A stretch of DNA of 57,491 nt, taken from contig DF237515.1 in assembly GCA_000708835.1 (NCBI GenBank), forward strand, positions 1-57,491, in the 5' to 3' direction. Positions 10,266 through 22,560 of the stretch are shown one piece after another. Under the pieces are notes generated by a model, which was not told the DNA's origin, did not search any database, and saw only the letters and a list, made by a program, of their open reading frames with translations. Within the stretch, counting starts at the first letter, position 1; each line of letters starts with the position of its first letter. The translations under genes were made by a program, and so were the position numbers. Origin of the DNA: Klebsormidium nitens. Its lineage: Eukaryota; Plantae; Klebsormidiophyceae.

Positions 10266-13200
10266 CTATCGTTGGGCGGGTATGTCCAGCTTCACGTTTT
10301 TGACGCTCGCGCTCTTACTCGTGCTGCTCCGCGCGGACCCGAGCGACGTGTTGCTGTTCCTGCTGGCCAGGCTGCTCCGGCTGCTGGCCAGGCTGCCCGC
10401 GAGCGACCCCGCGCGGCTGCTCCCGCGGCTGCCCGCCGGCGTGGCCCCGGTCGGGAGCCTCAACCGGGCCTCGCCCAGGGTGGCCTCCACGAAGGCGGCC
10501 ACGCTTGGGTTCTCGCCACACAGCTGCTTCAGCTCTTGCAGCACCTCCCGGTTGCTCTCGCGCACTTCCTGCAGCTTGATCTCGCGCTCCGCCTGGCTCA
10601 GGCCCTGCCCGGCGGCCACCCCCGCCTTCTCGCGGTGCTCCCGCCGCAGCTTCTCGCCCCGCTTCTGCGCGCGCTTGCTCCGCTCCGCCTGCTCCGCCAG
10701 CTCCTTCTGGGCGACCGCGGCGCGCCGCCGCATCTCCTCCAGGCCCGCGGCCGCGTGCGCCTGCGCAGAAAGGGATGCCAGTTAGTTGGAGGGCATCTTT
10801 GGGTTTGTTTCAGCTGAGTGAGTCTGATCCAAAACCCCTCAGCCGCATCACAACCTTGATCGAAGAAGGTACGAACACCGTTTCCTGTCCAAGACATGGT
10901 TGTAGTCCCCAATCTACAGGGAGAAAAGCAAAGTTGCGTTTTGCTCCGCCTCTCTTGGCGGGGCTGACCTGTTCCGCCGCCAGGTTGGCGTGCCTCTGCT
11001 CGTGCTGCTCAACCTCCGCCGCCAGCAGCTGCTCCTGGCTGCGCTTCAGCTTCAGCTTGTCGTACGCGCGGTCCAGCGCGGCGCGCGCGGCGTCCTTCTC
11101 GGCGGCCATGGCCTCGCTCTCCGCGCTGCGGAAGCTCGCGCGGAACTGCCCGTTCTTCTCCGCCAGCTTGCCCAGCGTCGCCTCCAGCGCATGGACCTCC
11201 TTCTCAGCCTGGCCACAGCCAGCCACAAACGATGCGTAAGCATTTGCCGTCCGAGCTATGCACCCACCTGGCACCCGATGTTTTCCCTTCCAGCGACTCT
11301 GTAAATGTTTCCTGGTTGACCTTCGAAGTCTTTGGCTTCACGAACATGCAAATGCATGTCCCTGTGCACGGAAATCGTCCAAAGAGACCTGGACAGAATG
11401 TGAAAATAGCAGCCGTTCTTTCATGTATAGTTGTGAAGTGACCTGAAGCTTGTCCTACGACCCATCCTATTCCTCACGTGAATCTGTGGCGACAGACAGT
11501 TTTGGCTGGCACGCAACATCGGAAGAGAGAGCGCAACTCAATCAGAAGTCCACGGGCATATACTTCCACGGCCTGCCTGCCTCTCTGTCATGCTGAAGAG
11601 CCTCAATTCGGCATCTGATGAGTTGATGCGCCCGCACACTGGCTGGCATGGCCTTGGCGATCTGCTGTCTGTATCATTGAGCGGACAACGGTTTGGTTTT
11701 GACTCCAATGTAGCGTCTGCGTAACGAAGGCCCCGAAGACCGCCGCGCGCCGTCCCCGTCCCACGCCCCTCACCTGTCGTATTTGCGCGTCCAGCTGGTC
11801 CCCCTCCCGCTGCAGCTGCTCCCGCTCCTGCGCGGCCTTGATCACGTAGTACGCCTGGCTGCGCTCCTCGCCCTCCTCCTTCTTCACGCGCCCCACCAGC
11901 ACCTCGTACCGGGCCGCCAGCTGCGCGCGCACAGGGGAAGAACGCTTAGTCGTGACGAGCACCACTGCCGAAAGGCAGGCCGATCAGAGCTGAGGTGCTC
12001 CGCAAACGGCAAAGATTGCAGAGTAGGGGTCGCATGACAACCTATGATTTGTTACCGTTCAGGTTGAACAGTCCAACCAATGCCTGTACCAATTTACGTC
12101 GCTGACGCGAGTCACGTCCAACGTCCCAGAGTCTGGCATCACTTCCGCATCCTGACGCTCTCAATAACTCTGCCAAATTCAACATGGGACCTTTCTTCCC
12201 GGCTGCACGTCTTCTCTACCACCCATCAGTGAAGAAAACAAGCTTCTCCACAGAAAGACCCCCTGACCTGCCTGCCCCTTGGCGCGGCTCACCTTGGCGA
12301 CCTTGATGCTTTTCTCCTTTTTCTCCAGCACGGTCTTGTGCGTGTCCTCTGTGACGGCCTTGAGCTCCGCGCGCAGCAGGTCGCGCTGCGCCTCCACCTC
12401 CAGCCGCCGCTCCTCCATGGCCAGCTGCAGCTGCACGCGCCGGTTCTCCAGGCTCAACACCTCGTCTGCACGGGCCAACGAGGTGCGGGGTTAGCGCCGA
12501 GCAGGGGATGTTGATGAAAATAATGGACTTCTGAGCAAGGCGATCCATTAAGAGTAAACAATGAGGAATAACTGAAACAAAATTGTGGCCAGACATGCAA
12601 GGACAGAAAGTGACGGGGGCTTCGTCTGCCAAAAGCCAAAGGGGGCTTCTTCTCACAAAAAGTGAGCGTTATTGTCGAGCATCAGAAAACTACTCGTGTC
12701 GGATTGCGGGTGAAGAGGGTTCCACGCAGGATTATCAGTGGACAAGTTCCTTGAGGAATGAGGCACTGAAAGCAGGGGGGAAAGCTCGACTGGACTTCAA
12801 AATTGCACCAGAAATGAATTAGTCATCGACCGATCAAGTGACAACTTGAGGAGAATACGTAACATGGTAGCGAAGGCATGGCTAATGAGTTCAAGGAGAA
12901 TTGAGTCCGGTAAGATGGATAACCACCGATTTCCAGTCGCAAATAAGACGGAGACACAAGCGGCAGTCCGCAGGCTTTGTGCTGCGGGCGGGCTGCGCGT
13001 GCTGGTCCTCACCCGCGCGCAGGCTGAGGATGTCCTGCAGCCGCTTCAGCTGCAGCCGCAGAACGTCGTGCGCCACCAGCCTCTCCTCCTTCTCGCGACA
13101 CACTTTCTGCACACACACCGCGCAAGACCCGTCAACACCCGCCCAGCCGCAGCCGGTGCGAGTCCCGAGAGGTCAAACATTCATCAGACTGAGATCAACG

Positions 13201-16200
13201 GCTTTCTAACAAAGCGGGTGGCCTTATAGTATATCGATCAGATAAGTGCAAAATGTTATTTGGTGAAAAATTGGCTGAGATGGGATTTCCGTTGCCCGCT
13301 TCTTTCGCAGGCACACAATATCGACCACACTCCAACGGTTCTGAATGGGGGCGGCATACGACGTCCAGACTGGCGAAGGGTTGGTCTTTGAGCTGCGGCC
13401 GGCTGTCCCCTTTCTGCGCGGTGCGCCTCACCTTGACCTCGCGTGCCGCGGTGTCGGACTCGAGCACGAGCTCCGCAATCTTGGTCTGCAGCGCGGCCGC
13501 CTCCTTGCTCGCCTCGCCGTGCCGCCGCCGCGCCGCCGTCAGGTCCTCCTCCGCGCGCTTCACCTGAAGCACACCGAAAGGGTGAGCGCCGGGCATGATG
13601 AATCATTCTGTGCGAACGTTAGCATCCCTCTGAGAATCCTTGAAGCTGACGAGCAGTGAGCATCTGAGGGGAGGATGACATATGTCACCCGGCTATGCGA
13701 TTCAGAACGCTGCCTGCTTTTATCGACGTTCTTCGTGTTGCAGCCAACCGATGCTCCCCGCTTTTCGGCGACCAGATACGGGAATCCTGTTAGCTCACGC
13801 GACCCGCACTATCAGCATCTTCAGCAGGCAGGAACTGCACACTTGCTGTACAAACCTTGAGGCAAGTGTTACATATCCTTCCTCCAAGGGAGGGTCGCCG
13901 CGCGCTGACCTGGGCGAGGAGCATGGAGTGCTCGCTGTTCTTGCCGTCCAGCGTGGCCTGCAGCTCCTCAATCTTGCGCGTCAATTCGCGCTTCTCGCTG
14001 TCTGACCGCTCGCCGCTCGCGCGCGCAACCTTGCGCTCCATCGCCTGTAGCCAACCGAGCGACAACTGTGAGACAGAGATCTGCTTCTCCAATAGCAAAG
14101 CTTGGCAGAGTCACCAGGAGAGGAACAGTGGCGCTCCGCTGAAGTTGATACGTTGGCATACTATTACCGGCTCGTTCTCTCGCTCGCGTCATCGCCGTTA
14201 GCTTTCATCGTTCCCACTTTCAATCCATCCCTTTCCCACCCAAAAGCCACGGCGAGCACCTCGTTCGATGGCAGTCACCCTGGCGATCCCGCCCGCCCGG
14301 CCACTCCTCCCCGCGCGCTCACCTGAATGTTGAAGTCTGCGGTGTAGAGCGTCTCCTGCAGCTTGGCCAGCTCGCCGTCCAGCTGCCGCACTTTGGCGCC
14401 CATGTTGCGTGCCTGCACGCGCGCGCCCCCGATCTCGCCGCCCAGCTCCTTCTCCGCCGTGCGCGCGCCGTGCAGCTCCTTGCTCGCGCGCAGCTGCTGC
14501 TCCTTGAGCTCCTCCACCTCTTTCGTCACCGCCTTGAGCCGGCCCTCCTCCGCGGCCGCGAGCGCGGCGAGCTCGGCCATGCGCTTCTCTAGCGTGTCCA
14601 GGTGCCCGAACTCCTCGTCCACCTTGCGCTTCACGCCCGACAGCTTGCGCCCCACGCCCTCCAGCCGCCCGCGCTTCGACCCCAGCTCCTGCACACGCGC
14701 AACCAGCCAGTCAGCCACCACGGCGGAACAAGCGCCGGCGGGGGCAGAGGCAGCGGTCCGCTGAAATGACTCGTTGCGCTTTTGAAACATACCTGGACAT
14801 GCAAAATCCATCCTCACCAGCAACCAGTCACTCTCATCACTTCTGTGCCTCACCCAACGCGAAATCCTCCAAGCCAATGAATCCATTCGCCGAACTCTGC
14901 TTTCAAGCACGTCTTCTTCTCGGACGGCAGTGCTCAACGTATAGGAGACCGACAGACCGGCCTCGCAGCGGTCGCGCGGCTTTACCTCCTGCGTGGCGGT
15001 GTTGGCGTTCCTCTGCTTGGCGAGGTCCTCCTGCACGCGCTCCAGGCCCGCGCGCGCGAGGTCCGCCTGCTCCTCCACCGCCGCGCACCGCCGCCCGTCC
15101 TCGTCCAGGCCCGACCGCAGCCGCGCCGCGCCGCGCTCCACTGCGGACAGCCGCCCGTCTAGCTCTTTCTGCAGGCTCCAAGAGGAGTTTCGTGAGCTCT
15201 ACGTCTCGTGGTCAGCCGTCGTTATAGTCGCCGTCGCTTGCTAAAGTCGAATAATTTCCTCTTGCATGACGGACCAACGGTCATTGTTCCGCTGCGAAGT
15301 CGGGTCTCGTATTCCAGATACCCCTTCAACCGAACCACCTTATTGCTGTCACGGGATTAGCCAGCCTGTAACTTCGTCCCTGACGCAGGAAGGAGAGTCT
15401 GAGTGCCCTTAGAAAGGGGCCCCTTTCCGTATCGTGTGCCATCTGGTGACGGATCCGTCGAATCAAGTACTGGTTGTTCACTTCATTGCTGCGCCTGCAA
15501 GTCAGCGCCAGTTGTCCGAAGCATGGCGCGATAGCAAACGGCGTAGCCAGAGGCGTGGGTGGCTCACGTTTTTCCCCTTTTCGCCCTCCAGCCGCTTGGC
15601 CTGCTCGTCGAGCGTCTGCTTCTTGTCGCGCACCCGCGCTCGGTTTTCTGCAAACACTGTGCTCGCTGCCTGAATCGACTCATCACGCCGCTTCATTGTC
15701 TCAGTTGCCTCCTCCCATTGCCGCACCTGCAGCGGGAGAAGTGGTTTACAAGTTTGACCAGATGCTGGAGTGGAGGAGCTGGGTAGGGGCAAACATCTCT
15801 GAAGCAGAACCAGCGCCAGGAACACCTCGCCAGTCCGTGCAACGGGGACTCAGTGACATTCTGCTCCATTTCGCATTGTTTTGTTCTGTGAAAGCCCCAC
15901 TCCGGCAGTTCTTAGCTCCAAGCTAGACAGTCTTCCCTCCTTCGTCTACCATTCTCGTTGAAACATTTTTGGAAAAGTGCTGAAACACGTTGATGCTCAG
16001 CCCTGACTACCCAGTGGAGAGCATGCGGCTCACCAGGTCCTGCCTCTCAGTGTGCAGCATCTTGAAATCCTCGGCCGTTTTGTCCAGCTGGATCTGGGCC
16101 GCCTGCGTCTCCGTCACCTCGGTATCCAGCTCCACCCTCCTGCACGGGGACACTGTGCGAGTTGCAGCTCGTACTTCCATGGGCCATGTGAGACAGGCAC

Positions 16201-18306
16201 ACCAGTCCCCACCATCGTAATCCCTTTGTTGAGGCAGTGGGTCTCTTCAATTGTACGTTCGAAATAGTACAGGCAGATTGATTCAGCAAGTAATCGTGTT
16301 GTTGGCTTACTTACAATCCACCTTTTCCTTATGCCAATGCAAGCAGATCCAACGGCTCAAAACAGGTTGCAAACCCCCCGATCAACCCACTGCAACTTCT
16401 ACATGAGACACGTGCTCCAATTTGGCGCACGCGGGGCCGACTCTTACTTGGCGTGCACGTCCTTGGCCATCTTCTCCGCTTTGAGGCTGAGGTCGCGTAT
16501 CCGCGCATTGTCCTGCTTTGCATACTTGGCCAGCACCGTATTGTCCTCCTCCTTCTGTTTGGACGCAATAGCCCACTGCTCCAGCTCCTCCTGCAACAAG
16601 GCGCAAGCAAGCGTCGAGAAACGAATTTAGCCAGAGGCGGTCGCCTTGCAGCATCGGTGTCCGCTGAAGCTGTCTTTCGGTTTGAAAGTGTTCTACTGGG
16701 GCTTTCTCACACCTTCCGCTCTGAAGAAACCGCCATTGGGAACAATGGCAGCAGGGAAGTGACCAAGTTCGATCTGTTGAAGAAGTCTGCCGAGCAGCAT
16801 ATGTTTGCAGAAACTGCTTTGTACGGGCAAGAGCGTTGATTCCCGCATGGGCGCATCTTCCAGCTGATCAAGGCAAAGCAGTGTTATTTCGATGCGGCTA
16901 CCACCACCCCCAATTTGTGATTGGAGCGGGCCGCACCTGGTTCCAGTTCATGAGCTGGCGGAAGTGGTCCAGCTTCTCGTTGCCGCGGAAGATGGTGTTC
17001 TGCAGCGCCGCCAGCTTGTCCTGCAGCTCCGCAGCTTCCTTCTCCAGCGTCGCAATGTCCGACTGCACACACAAAGGGACCCAATTCTAGCTCAAGCGCT
17101 GCCCAGGATATGCACTCGGCATGCATGGTCTTAATCTATTGATGCAGCAGTCCAAAGGTGCTCCCTTGTGCTACAAAATGTTGTCAAGGCCAACTGGTGC
17201 CCAGCTTTGCCTACTTGTCTGGGATACCAGTGGTCCAATCAATTCTGCTTTCTCTAGATTGTGGCATCTGCTAGTACGTCATGAGGATCATTCTTACGTT
17301 ACTTTCTTGTAGAATCAGTGCCCAGGATCTTCTGGCTTAGACAAAACTATCCAGCAACCGCACTGCAATCGCACGCCCTATTTTGCCCCCCTGGGCGGCC
17401 ACCCTTGCTGTGGCCCTCACCATGAGCCTGCCAGTCTCCCGCTTGTTGAGCTGCTTGAGGTGCTTCTCCGTCTCGGCCTCCTTCTTCTTGGCCTCCACCC
17501 GCTGCTGCGTGAACACCAGCTCCTCCTGCACCACCACCACGCTCAGCAATGCGCAACACAACAACTCCGCGGCCCGCCAGCATTGCCCCTTATGCCGTAT
17601 CACAATGTTACCTCTGCTTGACTGGCGTGCTCTTTGAGGCTCGCCCACTCCCGCAGTGTCTGCACTCAGTCCTGATAGATTGACGCATCATGCCTCGCAC
17701 CTAGTTCCCTGATGTCACGTAGTAGGGGACAGGAGAAAAGACAGCAACTAGGAAAGGACTGAATCAGTCCATCAAGAAGTTCTTTTTATGACTAAACCGC
17801 TGGAGTTGCTCAGCGGGTGGCCCTGACCTGCACGTTGCGCAGGTGCTCCTGCATGACCTTGATCCTGTCACGGTGCTCCTCCAGCGCCGCCTCGCACACG
17901 TGCAGCTCGCGCTCCTTTTGCCGCACATACCTGCAACCACAGCGAGGCGCGCTCAGCGCTCTTCAAGGATGGGGTGGCTTTAAAAACACGGTAGGTTCTT
18001 CGAAATGAAGGGATAAATCCATTCCATATGCAATGCCAGCTCCTCAACCAACACCCTTGGCAGAAGGCAGCACGCTTGGCCTCAATACAAGGCAGTTTTG
18101 CGTAGTGCAGCAGGTTGAACCGCCAACTTAAAGGAGTTTGTTGTGATTTTCATTGTGAAGTTGAGAGCTGGAACAAGGGCTTGCCTGTCCAGCGCCCTGT
18201 TCTCCTCATTTGCAAATGCGGGCAGGAAGGAGGGAGGCAGCCCGTCATCTTCCTCCCCCCTGCCCGCGGTGGAGGCCGCCATGTCCCGCCCATCGCTCGC
18301 CTCCAT
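10266..18306 (-). CDS. CCDC39: Coiled-coil domain-containing protein 39 (FAP59 orthologue, axonemal 96-nm ruler), 16 exons, ~942 aa
   Basis: Exons 18306-18185, 17930-17828, 17525-17421, 17062-16937, 16590-16448, 16139-16034, 15726-15568, 15168-14986, 14688-14323, 14044-13910, 13563-13432, 13106-13013, 12465-12293, 11920-11774, 11208-10969, 10760-10266, all phase-consistent. Recognised blocks: [76 protein letters not shown]. Intron 1 needs a GC donor. An alternative ATG lies at 18282. Confidence 0.92.
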
Positions 18307-19356
18307 TAACCCTTTCAGCTGCCCCCAGGCTGGACGTTCCACCTGGTGCAGGCCCTAAAGGGTGGGATTGGGCTTGTGGTGGTCGACTGGGATCCGCGTG
18401 TCTGTTCTCAAGCTTATGGCATGCTCTTTGTGAGATGATATTGACGTTTTCCTTCCCTCCTCTCAAAGCTTACACGATCGCCCAGCTTATTCCTGGTATG
18501 CAGCCCTAAAAGAGCTGCGAGCTCTCGAGGAGGGCAGCCCAGCTGAAAAGCTTCCGGAATGCGATTTCAATACGCCTACTGCCTCCTCTTACAGCTTGTG
18601 GGATTCTGCCTGGGCGCTCTGCCCTATGATTTAACTACCGTACCCATGCAAGCTGCAAATACGGTAGCTTTCACTCTGTGTATTCAAGTTGTGCTGTTGT
18701 TGGGACTCATAGAACTTGAAGTGGCCCAGTGTAAACTTGACGTGCCTATCCGACGACTTAGGTCGCTACATCTGGTGCGCTTTGATTCGTTGACCGTCGA
18801 TGTTTCTCAACCGCGCTGATATTACATGCCCGTCGACGCTAGTATTGCTTCCTGAGAATCTGCATGATGTTGACGGCACTCCTATACAGGCTATAGTATG
18901 TACTCTCCTGAAAGCAGTACTTACCGGTATGTACGTGCATTCTGCCTCTACGATAGAGACTAGGTTCATGCCATTGTGGCTGAGCCTCAGCTCATTTTGA
19001 ACCTTTCAGAAATGCAAGAAGGCGGGTCTACGCAAGTCCCAACGCCGCAGCACAGGTTGTCTTTGGGCCTTGGCCGAGGTACATGGTTGAGGAAGCTGCC
19101 CGGCTTTTCCCCAGCCCTCAAGGTCAGATTGAGCAATGCATAAACATTGTGGGAGAGCTGACGAGCTGACAACTCTGAAAGGAGACTGCTGATCGGCGTA
19201 CTAGGTGGCGGGATTGTGCCCTAATTCCAATGCCCACCTGTCTCTTCTGAGCGCGCTAGCTGCATTCTGTTCTCAGACTCAGAGCTCCCACAAGAGGCAG
19301 GCGTGTTAAGAAGCTCACAGTCCAGCTCGCTCCCCTTCACAAACCTGCGGAGCGGC

Positions 19357-22300
19357 ATGGCAATCCACCTGCCGCGGTTGTCCCCGGGGTGGGCGACCCT
19401 GCTGCTGAACGTGGTGGCGCTGACGTACAGCACCAATGGCGTCTTTGTCAAGAGCATAGAGACCGCGGAGCCCAAGCCCCTTCCTAGCTTGGCCTGTGCT
19501 GTTCGCTTCTTCATTGCTACAGCGGCCCTTGCAATCCTCAGTCAAGTCTTCACTAGCAAACCTTGTACGAGAAACCCTGCTCTAAAAACCACAGCAGACG
19601 GCGATAAAGAATTCATTGACGTGCCGCTGCGTGAAGTGCCACTCCCCTACATACCGAGCAAACAAGTGGAGCTGAACACCCCGCGCAATCGGCGGGGCGG
19701 CAGGACCCCGCTAGCCAAGCGGGGGGAGGAGGCAGACGCTCTTTTCGAAATCTCTTTGGACAGCGCCAAGGGGAGCGTGCGGGCCACCGCTCGGCTGAGC
19801 CCCTTTGGCTGCGGCCCAGGGGGGTGGCATCACGACTCTGCCACACCGCTTGGGGTTGCCCCCCACAGTGAAACAAAAGGGTTCAAAGAGAAGTGGTTGT
19901 ACCCAGAAAACCCTCAGAAAGACCCGAATGACCCAGCGGAGAAGCTGTTGGGGAATGAGGTTGCGAGAGCTGAACCTGTTGGCCGGCGCTTGTCCCCTGT
20001 AGTGGCCAGCCTGGAGCTGGGCGTGCTGATGTTCCTGGGGTTTGCGGCTCAGGCGATAGCGCTGGAAACGGCAATGGCGGGGCATGTGGCACTGCTCTTC
20101 ACCATCTCGGTAAGTGCAGCAAGGGAGCAAGAAGAGTGGTAGGCAAGGTGGGGCTTCTCTCTTCGATTTGAAAAGTTCAGCCACTCGCCGTTGCTGGCGC
20201 TCCTGCTCGCTTGACCCCTCTGTTTCACCTCTCAGATTTTGAGAGCTCTCAGTTTTTGGAGTACAAGGTCACAGTTCCTAGGGGACATCTCCAGACAGAG
20301 CTCAGACAGAGCTCTTGGCGGTTGTCCAGGAACAAACACAGACAAATCTGATAAGACAGCATGATGCAACAAAACAATCTCGTTACTTGATTTGAAGTTC
20401 ACATCGGATACAGTGAATCCTAAAGACGAGTTCTTGGTGGAAGCCCTTTGTGAGTAACATCAAGTCCGTCCAGGACCAAGGCCTTGGGTTTCGGGACAAG
20501 CAGCCACACAAATTGACAAGGTCTCTTCGTCTGGGCCACGCGAATCATGCCAGGCCAGTGTGAGTCCCATTGTCAACGCTGACCTCGCATTTGCTGCCCA
20601 CAGGTGATTCTGGTGCCTCTTCTGGAGTCGATCGGTGGCAAGCCGTTGACACCGGCCACCATGATCGCCACCAGTCTTTCTGTGATTGGTAAGTGGACTG
20701 CATCTTACAGTCCCTCTCGTGATACTCGTAAGTGACATCTGGTATCACTTTACAAACGCAATGAGTTCTTTTTCGACTTTATTCGAAACGCTCCACTTCT
20801 AATCAAGCACCACAATTCCTTACTGCCACCGCCCTGCTACGTGCCTCCTCCGTGCTTAAAAGCATGCTACCAACGGGGTCTCCTTGCTGCCAATCTTGTT
20901 GCCCATCCAGGCACCGGCCTCCTCGAGTACCGCGGCAAGGGCCTGGGCCTGGCACTGCCGTCGTTCGGCGACACGTGGGGCATCCTCTCCGCCACCGCTT
21001 TCGCCTTGCACGTGGTGCGATCCGAGGTGTACGCCAAGAGCTGGCGAGCGACGGGCGGCGGGAGCGAGACGCCCGCGCGCTGGCAACAAGGCCACAGCAG
21101 CGAGACTGTGCCACTTACCGCGGACCACCATAAGGTTGATGTCAGCACTGATCAGGGAGCCGGCAGTATGCAGACGACTCAGAATCTAGATACAAGCAAG
21201 ACGTCGCGCTTCAGCAGGCTGGCACTCGACACTACGGAAATGGGCGACCAGCACCCGCGGGATCCCTCTGTAAAACAGCCGCCGGCAGCCGAGCCGTGGT
21301 CCCCGATCGCATTAGTGCTGATGCAAACGCTGGTGGTCAGCGTCCTGTCAGTCGTCTGGTGGGTGGTCGAACTGTCGAGGGGCCTCTGCCACGTGGCACC
21401 GACCCAGGAGATGAGCCAACTAGACACTGCCACGTGGATGGAAACGCTCGTGTACGAGCCCACCTGGCGCCAGCTGGCGCACCTACCGTGGCCGGCCATG
21501 GTCTACACCGGGGTGGTCTCGACAGGTGAGAGTCCCGTTTCTGCAAACCCCTTCCGCTCAGGCCGTGCTTTGGTTTTGTGTTCTTCGCCGCTTTGCTCTT
21601 ACGATTGCATGAAATGCGCTGCATTGAAATGTGCTGGGCCGACAAGGAGCGGCAGCGTCTGCGCACCACGGCGTGTGCTTTTCGAAACCACGTGATGTTT
21701 CCTCTGAGATCCGGCCCAGACGGAACGTCGTATTGGTCTAAGGAGCGACTGCGGCACGCTATGAATCTGGCCGGAACTTTGAATAAGCGCCTGAATCAGT
21801 ACCGTTCGGTGGATGGCAAAGAGCAGTCGGATTCTAGAGGAAAAGAGATGCTGACAGAGATGCAGCAAGAAGGTTCACCCCGTCTAGAATTTCCGACGCT
21901 CGATAGCTCCACGGCATGCCGTGAGCCTCGAGATGTCTGAGGAATGAAGGGCTGACACGGAACTGGTGGTAGCTGGCCGCTCTTGGCTCCGCCCTTCTGT
22001 CACCTTGCGACTTGCAACGGATTCTGAATGGTTTGAAGCTCTTCACAGGCCTTATTTACATGCTCTCAAGGTGACCGCTGATCCATTGTAGACTCTTTAG
22101 TGAGTTTTTTTTCACATACTTCCTCCTTCAGAAGCGGACGCAGCTTTTTGGAGGAATTGTTTAAGTGGATCCCCTTGCAGTAAACCTGCGTATTTCGAAC
22201 CCTGCTGCCTCTCGATAAGAACCATCGAGCTTTCCTTTTTGGGTTTTTTAAGAGCATCCCCACCTGAGTTATCAGTCTCAACTCCGCTTCTTCAACCATA

Positions 22301-22560
22301 CTGCAGGCATGTGCGAGTGGCTCGAGTTCCACTGCCTCCAGTCCGTGTGCGCGTCGACGTGCGTGCTGATCTACACGTCCATCTCCATCTACGGCGCCTT
22401 CTTCGCGTGGCTGCTGAGAGGCGAGACGCTCGGAGTGTCGGGGGTCGTCGGGGCGGCCGTCGTCATATGCGCGAGCGTGTGGGTGCAGCTCGCGGAGCTG
22501 CGGACGTCGAACTGCCAACGGGAAGGGGACACGTGTCCGCAGCAGCAAGGCAAAGGGTAA
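19357..22560 (+). CDS. EamA/drug-metabolite transporter (DMT) family membrane protein, 4 exons, ~568 aa
   Basis: Exons 19357-20109, 20604-20688, 20911-21525, 22307-22560 (GT-AG, in phase). Two repeats of hydrophobic helices with DMT-like motifs: SLELGVLMFLGFAAQAIALET, FTISVILVPLLE, FGDTWGILSATAFALHVVRSE, MVYTGVVSTGMC, IYGAFFAWLLRGETLG. Confidence 0.85.

Noticed and set aside
10272-10817. Long plus-strand ORFs overlapping CCDC39 (and similar ones over the PPR-like ORF, e.g. 32936..33562)
   Set aside because: These are antisense or alternate-frame shadows of GC-rich exons with no recognisable motifs.
15412-15427. Perfect 16-bp palindrome GAAAGGGGCCCCTTTC in a CCDC39 intron
   Set aside because: About one such palindrome is expected by chance in 57 kb.
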